32,000 bases of DNA. Source: Mycolicibacterium smegmatis. GTDB lineage: Bacteria; Actinomycetota; Actinomycetes; Mycobacteriales; Mycobacteriaceae. The notes under the pieces were generated by a model that was given only the letters and a program-made list of their open reading frames with translations, did no database searches and had not been told where the DNA came from. A program made the translations under genes and the position numbers. The stretch lies in NCBI RefSeq assembly GCF_001457595.1, contig NZ_LN831039.1, positions 5,010,001 to 5,042,000 on the forward strand, in the 5' to 3' direction. Of the stretch, positions 1 through 8,060 are shown in pieces; the first letter of the stretch is position 1, and each line of letters opens with the position of its first letter.

Positions 1-834
1 GAGCACGCCGCCGTCGCCGCGGCCCGCGCGGCGTATCTGGCGGGCTTCGCCGGATCGTCGAACCTTGAGGCCCAGCGCCGCTACGGCGTGCCCGCGCTGG
101 GCACCGCCGCGCACGCCTACACGTTGCTGCACACCACCGCCTCGGGCCCCGACGAGCAGGCCGCGTTCCGCGGCCAGGTCGCCGCGCTCGGCACCGACAC
201 CACGCTGCTGGTCGACACCTACGACATCACCGCAGGCGTCGCCAACGCGATCGCCGCGGCAGGCCCGAAGCTCGGCGCGGTGCGGATCGACTCGGGCGAT
301 CTGGGGGTGCTGGCACGGCAGGTGCGTGCCCAGCTGGACGATCTGGGTGCCACCGAGACGAAGATCGTGGTGTCCGGTGACCTCGACGAGTACGCGATCG
401 CGGCGCTGCGCGCCGAACCCGTCGACAGCTACGGCGTGGGCACGTCTGTGGTCACCGGTTCCGGCGCCCCGACCGCGAGCATGGTCTACAAGCTGGTCGA
501 GGTCGACGGCATGCCGGTGGCCAAACGCAGCAGCAGCAAGGAATCCCACGGCGGCCGCAAGGAGGCGCTGCGGGTCGCGAAGGCCTCCGGCACCATCGTC
601 GAAGAGGTGGTGTACCCGTACGGCAAACCGCCGCAGATCGAATCCCCGCTCACCGCAAGGAAGCTCACCGTGCCGCTGGTGGCGGGCGGCAAACCCGTCG
701 AGGGGTACTCCGACGACCTGTCCGCTGCGCGCGAGCGCGTCCGCGCCGGGCTGCACAGCCTGCCGTGGGACGGCCTCAAGCTGTCCCGCGGCGAACCGGC
801 GATCCCGACGCGGATGACCGCGGACGAGCGTTAG
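1..834 (+). CDS. pncB: nicotinate phosphoribosyltransferase, C-terminal 277 codons (5' end lies upstream of the window)
   Basis: Frame 1 is open from base 1 (EHAAVAAARAAYLAGFAGSSNLEAQRRYGVPALGTAAHAYTLLH...) to TAG 832-834. The listed ORF 88..834 is only its internal-Met part. GTAAHA motif present. It sits next to dinG, as Rv1330c sits next to Rv1329c in M. tuberculosis. Confidence 0.85.
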   Translation, partial: EHAAVAAARAAYLAGFAGSSNLEAQRRYGVPALGTAAHAYTLLHTTASGPDEQAAFRGQVAALGTDTTLLVDTYDITAGVANAIAAAGPKLGAVRIDSGDLGVLARQVRAQLDDLGATETKIVVSGDLDEYAIAALRAEPVDSYGVGTSVVTGSGAPTASMVYKLVEVDGMPVAKRSSSKESHGGRKEALRVAKASGTIVEEVVYPYGKPPQIESPLTARKLTVPLVAGGKPVEGYSDDLSAARERVRAGLHSLPWDGLKLSRGEPAIPTRMTADER

Positions 835-837
835 GAG

Positions 838-2892
838 TTGGCCACGTCCGCCCCCGCTCACATCAATCTGGTCACCAAGCTGCTCAACGTCGCCGTCGAA
901 GGCCTGGGCGGCGCCACCCGCCCGGGCCAGGTCCGCATGGCCCAGGCCGTCGCCGACGCGTTCGAGACCGGCGAGCACCTGGCCGTGCAGGCAGGCACCG
1001 GCACGGGCAAGTCGCTGGCCTACCTCGTGCCGTCGATCGCCCGGGCGATGGAGACCGAGCAGACCGTCGTGGTGTCGACGGCGACCATCGCGCTGCAACG
1101 CCAGCTCGTCGACCGCGACCTGCCGCGGCTGGCGGACTCGCTGACCGACGTGCTGCCCCGCCGCCCGCGTTTCGCGCTGCTCAAGGGACGCGGAAATTAC
1201 CTGTGCCTCAACAAGATTCACAACGGCGCGGCGGCCGAACCGGACGACCGGCCACAGGACGAACTGTTCAACCCCGTCGCGATGACGGCGCTGGGCCGTG
1301 ACGTCCAGCGGCTCATCGAATGGTCGTCGGACACCGAGACCGGTGACCGCGACGAGCTCACGCCCGGTGTGCCCGACCGGTCGTGGAGCCAGGTCAGCGT
1401 GTCGGCCCGCGAATGCATCGGGGTGTCGCGGTGCCCGTTCGGCACCGACTGCTTCGCCGAGCGCGCCCGCGACAAGGCGGGCAACGCCGACATCGTGGTG
1501 ACCAACCACGCGCTGCTGGCGATCGACGCGCTGTCGGACTATTCCGTGCTGCCCGAGTACGAGCTGCTGGTGGTCGACGAGGCGCACGAGCTGGCCGACC
1601 GGGTGACCGGTGTGGCGACCGGCGAGCTGTCCCCCACGTCGATGGGTGTGGCCCACCGGCGCGCGGCCCGGCTGGTCGACGCCGAACTCGCCGAACGTCT
1701 CGAGGCGTCGATCGCGACCCTGTCGTCGATGGTCTACGACGTCCCGGCGGGCCGCCTCGATGTGCTCGACGAGGAACTCGCGACGTATCTGACCGCCGTG
1801 CGCGACTCCGCCAACACCGTGCGCATGGCCATCGACACCACGCCGAGCGACCCGCAGGCCGCCGCGGCGCGCACCGAGGCCGTGACCGCGCTCAACGAGG
1901 TCGCCGACACCGCCACCCGGATCCTCACGTCGTTCGTGCCGCCCATCCCCGACCGTGTCGACGTGGTGTGGCTCGAGCACGACGAAGGGCCGCCACGCGC
2001 GGGCGGGGCCGCGGTGCGGTCGGTGCTGCGCGTCGCCCCGATGTCGGTGTCGGGGCTGCTGCGTACGCGGCTGTTCGCGCACACCACGGCCGTACTGACC
2101 TCGGCCACACTGTGTCTCGGCGGCAACTTCGACGCCATGGCCCGCAACTGGGGGCTGGCGGCCCGCGCCGACGACGAGGACAGCGGCGAGAAACCCGCAG
2201 GCAAGGCCAAGTCCGCCAAGCCGGGGTGGCACGGCATCGACGTCGGCTCTCCGTTCGAACACGCCAAGTCGGCGATCCTCTACGTCGCCAAGCACCTGCC
2301 CGCGCCGGGACGCGAGGGCACCAGCCCGGCCGCGCTCGACGAGATCGAGGCACTCGTCACCGCCGCGGGCGGACGCACGCTGGGGCTGTTCTCGTCGATG
2401 CGCGCGGCCAAGGCCGCCGCCGAGGTGATGCGCGAGCGGCTCGACACGCCCGTGCTGTGCCAGGGTGAGGACACCACGTCTGCTCTCGTACAACAGTTTT
2501 CCGCCGATCCGCAGACATCGCTGTTCGGCACGTTGTCGCTGTGGCAGGGCGTCGACGTCCCGGGACCGTCGCTGCAGTTGGTGATCATCGACCGCATCCC
2601 GTTCCCACGGCCCGACGACCCACTGCTCACGGCGCGCCAGCGGGCCATCACCGCGCACGGCGGCAACGGGTTCATGGCCGTGGCGGCCAACCATGCCGCG
2701 CTGTTGCTCGCCCAGGGCGCGGGCCGGTTGCTGCGCCACACCGACGACCGAGGCGTGGTCGCGGTGCTCGATTCACGCCTGGCGACCGCGCGCTACGGCG
2801 GTTATCTGCGGGCCTCGCTGCCGCCGTTCTGGGCCACGACCGACCCCGAGCGGGTCCGCCAGGCGCTGCGGAGATTACGCGGCGCACGCTGA
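838..2892 (+). CDS. dinG: DinG/XPD-like ATP-dependent DNA helicase (Fe-S family)
   Basis: 684-aa ORF with Walker A AGTGTGKS and DEAH box VVDEAHEL. Four Cys (NYLC ... ARECIGVSRCPFGTDC) lie where XPD/DinG helicases carry the 4Fe-4S domain. The N-terminus is collinear with M. tuberculosis DinG as recalled. The TTG start at 838 is 3 nt after the pncB stop. The exact start is uncertain because AGGAG 833-837 is too close to serve as its SD. Confidence 0.85.
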   Translation: MATSAPAHINLVTKLLNVAVEGLGGATRPGQVRMAQAVADAFETGEHLAVQAGTGTGKSLAYLVPSIARAMETEQTVVVSTATIALQRQLVDRDLPRLADSLTDVLPRRPRFALLKGRGNYLCLNKIHNGAAAEPDDRPQDELFNPVAMTALGRDVQRLIEWSSDTETGDRDELTPGVPDRSWSQVSVSARECIGVSRCPFGTDCFAERARDKAGNADIVVTNHALLAIDALSDYSVLPEYELLVVDEAHELADRVTGVATGELSPTSMGVAHRRAARLVDAELAERLEASIATLSSMVYDVPAGRLDVLDEELATYLTAVRDSANTVRMAIDTTPSDPQAAAARTEAVTALNEVADTATRILTSFVPPIPDRVDVVWLEHDEGPPRAGGAAVRSVLRVAPMSVSGLLRTRLFAHTTAVLTSATLCLGGNFDAMARNWGLAARADDEDSGEKPAGKAKSAKPGWHGIDVGSPFEHAKSAILYVAKHLPAPGREGTSPAALDEIEALVTAAGGRTLGLFSSMRAAKAAAEVMRERLDTPVLCQGEDTTSALVQQFSADPQTSLFGTLSLWQGVDVPGPSLQLVIIDRIPFPRPDDPLLTARQRAITAHGGNGFMAVAANHAALLLAQGAGRLLRHTDDRGVVAVLDSRLATARYGGYLRASLPPFWATTDPERVRQALRRLRGAR

Positions 2893-2983
2893 TTGCGCGC
2901 TGGGAGCAGCGACAGTTCACTATCCTGGCTGCAGTCAAGGCGCGCCATCTGGCCGCTCACGAGTGCACCGGAAGGCGCCACGT

Positions 2984-4426
2984 ATGAGCCGACGTCACCT
3001 GCTCGGTGCGGTGATCGCAACCTGTGTCGTGGTGCCGCTCGCCGCGTGCTCGACGATCGTCGAGGGCAGCGCGGTGTCGGTGTTCGCCGACCCGTTCTCG
3101 GTTGCCGGCATGCCCGCCACCGACGGCCCCAGCGGTTTGCGGCCCGACGCGGCCGCACCGACGCGCGAGGTCACCGACTCCGACGGCGGCAAGATCGACG
3201 AACTGGCGGCGAGCGCGGTCAGCGACATCGAAGAGTTCTGGTCGGCGACCTACGGCGAGGTGTTCGAGGGTGATTTCACACCGGTGCGGGAGCTGATCTC
3301 CTGGGACTCCGAGAGTTTCGACGGGGAGTTCTGCGGGCTGAACACCTTCGCGCTGGTCAACGCCGCGTACTGCAAACCGGACCGCACGATCGGCTGGGAC
3401 CGCGGTGTGCTGCTGCCGTCGCTGCGCAAGCAGAACGGCGACATGGGCGTGGTGATGGTGCTCGCCCACGAATACGGCCACGCGATCCAGCAGCAGGCCA
3501 AGCTCGTTCGCCGTAACACCCCGACCCTGGTGTCCGAGCAGCAGGCCGACTGCCTGGCCGGGACGTACATGCGCTGGGTCGCCGAGGGCAATTCCCCGCG
3601 TTTCACGCTCGGCACCGGCGACGGCCTGAACAGTCTGCTGGCGGCGGTGATCGCGTTCCGCGATCCGCTGCTCACCGAGAGCGATATGTACCTCGGCGTG
3701 GACGAGCACGGTTCGGCGTTCGAGCGGGTCTCGGCGTTCCAGTTCGGCTTCACCGACGGTGCCGCGGCGTGCAAGGCAATCGACGTCAAGGAGATCAGCC
3801 AGCGCCGCGGTGACCTCCCGGTGCTGCTGCCCGAGGACCAGACCGGCGAACTGCCCATCACCGAGGAATCGGTGCGCGCCATGGTCGACGCGCTCAACGT
3901 CGTGTTCAAGCCGAAGAACCCGCCGCGCTTGAGCTTTGCCGCCCGCGACGCCGACGACTGTCCGGACGCTCGGCCGAGCCCGCCCACGTCGTACTGCCCC
4001 GCCACCAACACGATCGTCGTCGACCTCGACGAGTTGGAGACCGTCGGGTTCAAACCCGTGGACGGTCAGGTGGGTGCCCTGGCGCTCGGGGACAACAGCG
4101 CCTACTCACTGCTGATCTCGCGGTACATGGTGGCGCGGCAGCACGAGCGCGGACTGGTGCTCGACAACGCGCAGGCCGCCCTGCGCACGGCATGTCTGAC
4201 GGGCGTGGCCACCGCCAAGCTCAGTCAGCCGGTGACCACACCGGACGGCAACACCATCGTGCTGACGGCAGGCGATGTCGACGAGGCGGTGTCGGGCATC
4301 CTCACCACCGGGCTGGTGGCCGGCGATGTGAACGGCGATTCGGTGCCGTCGGGGTTCTCGCGCATCGACGCGTTCCGCGTGGGCATCCTGGGCGACGAGG
4401 CCCGCTGCCTCAAACGGTTCTCCTGA
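2984..4426 (+). CDS. secreted lipoprotein, putative neutral zinc metallopeptidase (YpfJ/PF04228-like) with a degenerate second module
   Basis: ATG 2984 is preceded by GGAAGG (2970-2975, 8-nt spacer). The 97 upstream codons of ORF 2693..4426 overlap dinG and are discounted. Signal peptide MSRRHLLGAVIATCVVVPLAAC carries lipobox LAAC (SRRHLL is also Tat-like). HExxH = HEYGH at 3467-3481, followed by EQQADCLAG. Confidence 0.75.
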   Translation: MSRRHLLGAVIATCVVVPLAACSTIVEGSAVSVFADPFSVAGMPATDGPSGLRPDAAAPTREVTDSDGGKIDELAASAVSDIEEFWSATYGEVFEGDFTPVRELISWDSESFDGEFCGLNTFALVNAAYCKPDRTIGWDRGVLLPSLRKQNGDMGVVMVLAHEYGHAIQQQAKLVRRNTPTLVSEQQADCLAGTYMRWVAEGNSPRFTLGTGDGLNSLLAAVIAFRDPLLTESDMYLGVDEHGSAFERVSAFQFGFTDGAAACKAIDVKEISQRRGDLPVLLPEDQTGELPITEESVRAMVDALNVVFKPKNPPRLSFAARDADDCPDARPSPPTSYCPATNTIVVDLDELETVGFKPVDGQVGALALGDNSAYSLLISRYMVARQHERGLVLDNAQAALRTACLTGVATAKLSQPVTTPDGNTIVLTAGDVDEAVSGILTTGLVAGDVNGDSVPSGFSRIDAFRVGILGDEARCLKRFS

Positions 4427-4429
4427 CGG

Positions 4430-4457
4430 TCAGTTCGGCACGCTCAGTTCGGCATCC
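4430..4457. repeat. tandem 14-bp direct repeat (perfect 11-bp core TCAGTTCGGCA twice) at the convergent lipoprotein/vgb junction
   Basis: TCAGTTCGGCA occurs at 4430-4440 and again at 4444-4454, separated by CGC. The second copy contains the vgb stop codon and its last three codons (MPN*). Confidence 0.7.
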
Positions 4458-5292
4458 GCAGGACGAAGCCGCATTCCAGCGCCACCCAGGCCGCGCCGTC
4501 TGGCCCGATCGCGAGGCCGTGCGGTTCGCTGCCCGACGGCAGGTCGATCGTCACCACCTCACCGTCTCCGCTGACCCGGGCCAGCTGGTCGGCGCCCCAC
4601 AGGCTCACCCACACGCCGTCGTCCGGATCGGCGACGACCGCGTGCGGCTTGCCCGGCAGTTCGAGTTCCTGGATCGCCTCGTCGAGCGGGATACGCCCGA
4701 GTTGGTCGGCGCCGATCTCGGTGAACCACACCGCGTCGTCGTGCGTCGCGGTGATGCCCACGGGACCCGCTGCGGGCGTGGGCAGTTCGCGCACCGTCAG
4801 GGTTCCGTCGGTCTCCAGCCTGCCGATCGCGTTGCCCTGGTTGATCGTGAACCACATGGCCCCGTCGGGGCCCGCGGTGATCATCGACGGCATGCCGCCG
4901 ACCACGGCCACACTGGTCACCTCGCCGTCGGTGCTGATCCGGCACACCTCGCCCGAGGTCATCGCGGTGAACCACAGCGCGTCGTCGGGGCCCGCGGCGA
5001 TGCCGAACGGCGCGCTGCCCTCGGCCAATTCGAATTCAGCAAGCTCACCGTCGACGGTGATCCGGCCGATCCGGTCGTCGCCTGCGCGCGTGAACCACAT
5101 CGCGCCGTCTGGGCCTGCCGCGATGATCGACGGGCGTGCCTGCGGCGCAACCGGATACACCGCGACCTCGCCGGTTTCGGTGACGCGCGCGATCTCGCCG
5201 CTGTGCGCCAGCGTCACCCACATCGCCCCGTCGGGACCCGCCGCGAGCGCGTAGGGCCCGCCGTCGAGCCCCACCTTGAGCGCCTTGCTCAC
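4444..5292 (-). CDS. vgb: virginiamycin B (streptogramin B) lyase homologue, 7-bladed beta-propeller
   Basis: 282 aa, built from about seven ~40-aa repeats carrying GPDGAMWFT-type motifs (GPDGAMWVT, GPDGAMWFT x3, GPDDALWFT, THDDAVWFT, DPDDGVWVS, GPDGAAWVA). Segments TPAAGPVGITATHDDAVWFTEIGADQLGRI, KPHAV and EPHGL match S. aureus Vgb as I recall it. The GTG start 5292-5290 overlaps the glgP stop (GTGA). Confidence 0.8.
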   Translation of the reverse strand: MSKALKVGLDGGPYALAAGPDGAMWVTLAHSGEIARVTETGEVAVYPVAPQARPSIIAAGPDGAMWFTRAGDDRIGRITVDGELAEFELAEGSAPFGIAAGPDDALWFTAMTSGEVCRISTDGEVTSVAVVGGMPSMITAGPDGAMWFTINQGNAIGRLETDGTLTVRELPTPAAGPVGITATHDDAVWFTEIGADQLGRIPLDEAIQELELPGKPHAVVADPDDGVWVSLWGADQLARVSGDGEVVTIDLPSGSEPHGLAIGPDGAAWVALECGFVLRMPN

Positions 5293-7889
5293 GCCAGCGT
5301 CACCAGTCCCAGCTCGTTGTCACCGGCCAGCAGCCGGTGGTGCGGCAGCACGCGCACGGTGTAGCCGACGGGGCCGGCCACGGGCAGCGGCGTGCAGGCC
5401 GAGAACACGTCGGTCCCATTGCCGTCCGGGCCCTTGTGGGCCATGGGCACCTTCACCGGGTCCACGATCGCGTCGGTGTCGTCGACGCGGCCCAGCACGG
5501 CCTGCACCACCACCTCGTCCGGTCGCAGGCCCGCGAGCTGCACGGTGGCGGTCAGGGTCAGCTCGCAGCCGAGCAGCGGGGTGTCGGGCAGCCCGTAGCT
5601 GTCGACGTCGGTGATCTGGACCTTGGGCCACGCCTCCTCGACGCGCTTGCGGAACTCAGCGAGTTCGCGTGCGGCGCCGAACGGTTCACCCGAGGCGGCC
5701 TCGACGGTCCTGCGCAACGATTCCGCTGCGGGCAGGTAGTACTTCTCGGTGTAGTCGCGCACCATGCGCGACGCGAGCACCTTGGGCCCGAGCACCTGCA
5801 GGGTGTGGCGCACCATCTCGACCCAGCGGGTCGGCACACCGTGCTCGTCGCGTTCGTAGAACTTGGGTGCGACGGCGTTCTCCAGCAGGTCGTAGAGCGC
5901 AGCTGCCTCCAGGTCGTCGCGGCGGGCGTCGTCGAGTCCGTCGGCGGTGGGGATCTCCCACCCGTTCTCGCCGTCGAACCACTCGTCCCACCAGCCGTCG
6001 CGGATCGACAGGTTGAGCCCGCCGTTGAGCGCGCTCTTCATGCCCGACGTACCGCACGCCTCGAGCGGGCGCAGCGGGTTGTTGAGCCACACGTCGCAGC
6101 CCCAGTACAGAAGCCGCGCCATCGACATGTCGTAGTCAGGCAGGAACGCGATGCGGTGGCGCACCTCGGGCCGGTCGGCGAACCGCACCACCTGCTGGAT
6201 CAGCGCCTTACCACCGTCGTCGGCCGGGTGCGACTTGCCCGCCACGATCAACTGCACCGGACGGTCGGGGTCGAGCAGCAGCCTCTCCAAGCGCTCGGGG
6301 TCGCGCAGCATGAGCGTGAGCCGCTTGTAGGTCGGGACACGCCGCGCGAACCCGATGGTCAGCACCGAAGGGTCGAACGCCGTTGCGATCCAACCCAGTT
6401 CGGCCTCGGCGGCACCGCGCTCGAGGCAGGACCGACGCAGCCGGGCGCGCACGTCGGCGATCAGCGTCTCGCGCAGCTGCGAGCGGATCCACCACAGATG
6501 GCCGGGCTCGACCTGCTGCAGGCGTTCCCACACCTCGGACTCCAGGGCCGATTCGGCGAGTTCGCCACCGATCAGTTCGCGGCCCAGCCGCAGCCACTGC
6601 GGTGCGGCCCACGTGGGCGCGTGCACGCCGTTGGTGATCGAGCCGATCGGCACCTCGTCGGCGTCGAACCCCGGCCACAGCTCGTTGAACATCGACCGGC
6701 TGACCCGGCCGTGCAGCAGCGACACACCGTTGGCGCGCTGCGCGAGCCGCAGCCCCATGTGCGCCATGTTGAACTTCGACGGATCGTCCTCGGCGCCGAA
6801 CGCGATCACGCGGTCCAGCGGTACGCCGGGCAGCAACCGGGAATCGGCGGGCCCGCCCGGCGGGCTGCCGAAGTAGCGCTTGACCATGTCGACCGGGAAC
6901 CGGTCGATGCCCGCGGGCACCGGCGTGTGCGTCGTGAACACCGTCGAGGACCGCACGACCGCGAGCGCGGTGTCGAAATCCAGCCCGGCGGCCACGAGTT
7001 CACGGATGCGCTCGGCGCCCAGGAACCCGGCGTGCCCCTCGTTCATGTGGAACACCTCGGGCGCGGGCAGGCCCTCGATCTCGGTGAACGCGCGGATCGC
7101 CCGGACCCCGCCGATACCGGCGAGGATCTCCTGCTTGATGCGGTGCTCCTGGTCACCGCCGTACAGGCGGTCGGTGGTGCCACGCAGATCGTGCTCGTTC
7201 TCGGGGATGTCGGAATCGAGCAGCAGCAACGGAATCCGGCCCACCTGCGCGATCCACACCCGCGCGCGCAGATCGCGGCCCTCGGGCAGGGCGAGCTCGA
7301 TGAGCACCGGGTCGCCGTCGGCGGCGGTCAGCAGCCGCAGCGGCAGGCCCTGCGGATCCAGCGACGGGTAGTTCTCGTGCTGCCAGCCGTCGGCGGTCAG
7401 CGACTGCCGGAAGTAGCCGGACCGGTAGTACAGGCCCACCGCGATCAACGGCAGGCCCAGATCCGATGCGGACTTGAGGTGGTCACCGGCCAGGATGCCG
7501 AGGCCACCGGAGTAGTTCGGCAGCACGCTCGCGACGCCGAATTCCATCGAGAAGTACGCGATGCCCTTGGGCATGGCCACGCCGGTGTCGAGCTGCTGCT
7601 GGTACCACAGCGGGCGGGTGAGGTAGTTGTCCAGATCGGCGGCCAGCTCGTCGAGCCGGTCCAGGAACGAGTGGTCGGCCGCGAGCTCGTCGAGCCGCTT
7701 GGGGCTGACCGATCCGAGCAGTGCGACCGGATCCCCGTCGTTGCGCGCCCACTGTTCCGGATCGATCGTCGCAAACAGATCCTGGGTCGGTTTGTGCCAC
7801 GACCAGCGGAGGTTGATCGACAGGCGCTCAAGGGCTGCCAGCCGCTCCGGGAGATGCGTGCGGACGGTGAACCTGCGAAGGGCTTTCAC
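5289..7889 (-). CDS. glgP: alpha-glucan (glycogen/maltodextrin) phosphorylase, GT35
   Basis: A long ORF runs to 7919. From GTG 7889 the protein reads (M)KALRRFTVRTHLPERLAALERLSINLRWSWHKPTQDLF, collinear with the M. tuberculosis GlgP (Rv1328) N-terminus as recalled. PLP-lysine region GTSGMKSALNGG is present. TAAGGT lies 8 nt upstream of GTG 7889. The alternative ATG 7919 would add 10 aa. Confidence 0.9.
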   Translation of the reverse strand: MKALRRFTVRTHLPERLAALERLSINLRWSWHKPTQDLFATIDPEQWARNDGDPVALLGSVSPKRLDELAADHSFLDRLDELAADLDNYLTRPLWYQQQLDTGVAMPKGIAYFSMEFGVASVLPNYSGGLGILAGDHLKSASDLGLPLIAVGLYYRSGYFRQSLTADGWQHENYPSLDPQGLPLRLLTAADGDPVLIELALPEGRDLRARVWIAQVGRIPLLLLDSDIPENEHDLRGTTDRLYGGDQEHRIKQEILAGIGGVRAIRAFTEIEGLPAPEVFHMNEGHAGFLGAERIRELVAAGLDFDTALAVVRSSTVFTTHTPVPAGIDRFPVDMVKRYFGSPPGGPADSRLLPGVPLDRVIAFGAEDDPSKFNMAHMGLRLAQRANGVSLLHGRVSRSMFNELWPGFDADEVPIGSITNGVHAPTWAAPQWLRLGRELIGGELAESALESEVWERLQQVEPGHLWWIRSQLRETLIADVRARLRRSCLERGAAEAELGWIATAFDPSVLTIGFARRVPTYKRLTLMLRDPERLERLLLDPDRPVQLIVAGKSHPADDGGKALIQQVVRFADRPEVRHRIAFLPDYDMSMARLLYWGCDVWLNNPLRPLEACGTSGMKSALNGGLNLSIRDGWWDEWFDGENGWEIPTADGLDDARRDDLEAAALYDLLENAVAPKFYERDEHGVPTRWVEMVRHTLQVLGPKVLASRMVRDYTEKYYLPAAESLRRTVEAASGEPFGAARELAEFRKRVEEAWPKVQITDVDSYGLPDTPLLGCELTLTATVQLAGLRPDEVVVQAVLGRVDDTDAIVDPVKVPMAHKGPDGNGTDVFSACTPLPVAGPVGYTVRVLPHHRLLAGDNELGLVTLA

Positions 7890-8060
7890 GCGACACAACC
7901 TTACTGACAAATCCCGCATCCGCAGAGAACGCGACCGCCACGAGCTCCGGCTTCACCCACGCGTGATTGGCCAGGACACTACGGTGGGTATGAGACGCGA
8001 CAAGGCGGTGAACTTCCAAGAGCGGTCGGGCGAGACCGCGACGACGTGAGGAGTGGTTGG

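Noticed and set aside
2693-2983. N-terminal extensions of ORF-track entries: 2693-2983, 13245-13295, 14720-14971, 14878-14934, 15787-15849, 18142-18192, 27161-27208, 27217-27258, 28272-28322
   Set aside because: Each extension overlaps the neighbouring gene or lacks similarity to the M. tuberculosis orthologue's N-terminus as recalled. An internal start with an SD or a TANNNT signature gives the conserved N-terminus.
4444-5292. ~120-bp periodic DNA repeats (recurring GGCCCCGACGGGGCCATGTGGTTCAC-like segments), initially suggestive of a repeat array
   Set aside because: The periodicity lies inside one intact ORF and corresponds to the seven beta-propeller blades of the Vgb-like protein. It is not a CRISPR or other non-coding array.
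5337-7907. 856-aa ORF on the plus strand, antisense to glgP. Similar very long antisense ORFs: 7953..10079, 10096..11373, 11425..12291, 13795..14916, 15744..17738, 16471..18198, 25862..27121, 25977..27248, 28391..30127, 29811..31049.
   Set aside because: They are typical high-GC artefacts. Stop codons are rare in the frame opposite a GC3-rich gene. Their translations are Arg/Gly/Ala/Pro/His-rich low-complexity strings without recognisable motifs. In every case the opposite strand encodes a strongly conserved protein.
7920-8060. glgP/glgE divergent region scanned for operators, small ORFs and riboswitch-like structure
   Set aside because: Apart from the TAAGGT element for glgP and the GAGGAG SD for glgE, I found no convincing repeat or structure. 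The candidate -35/-10 pairs for glgE (TTGGCC ... TATGAG) are too weak to report.
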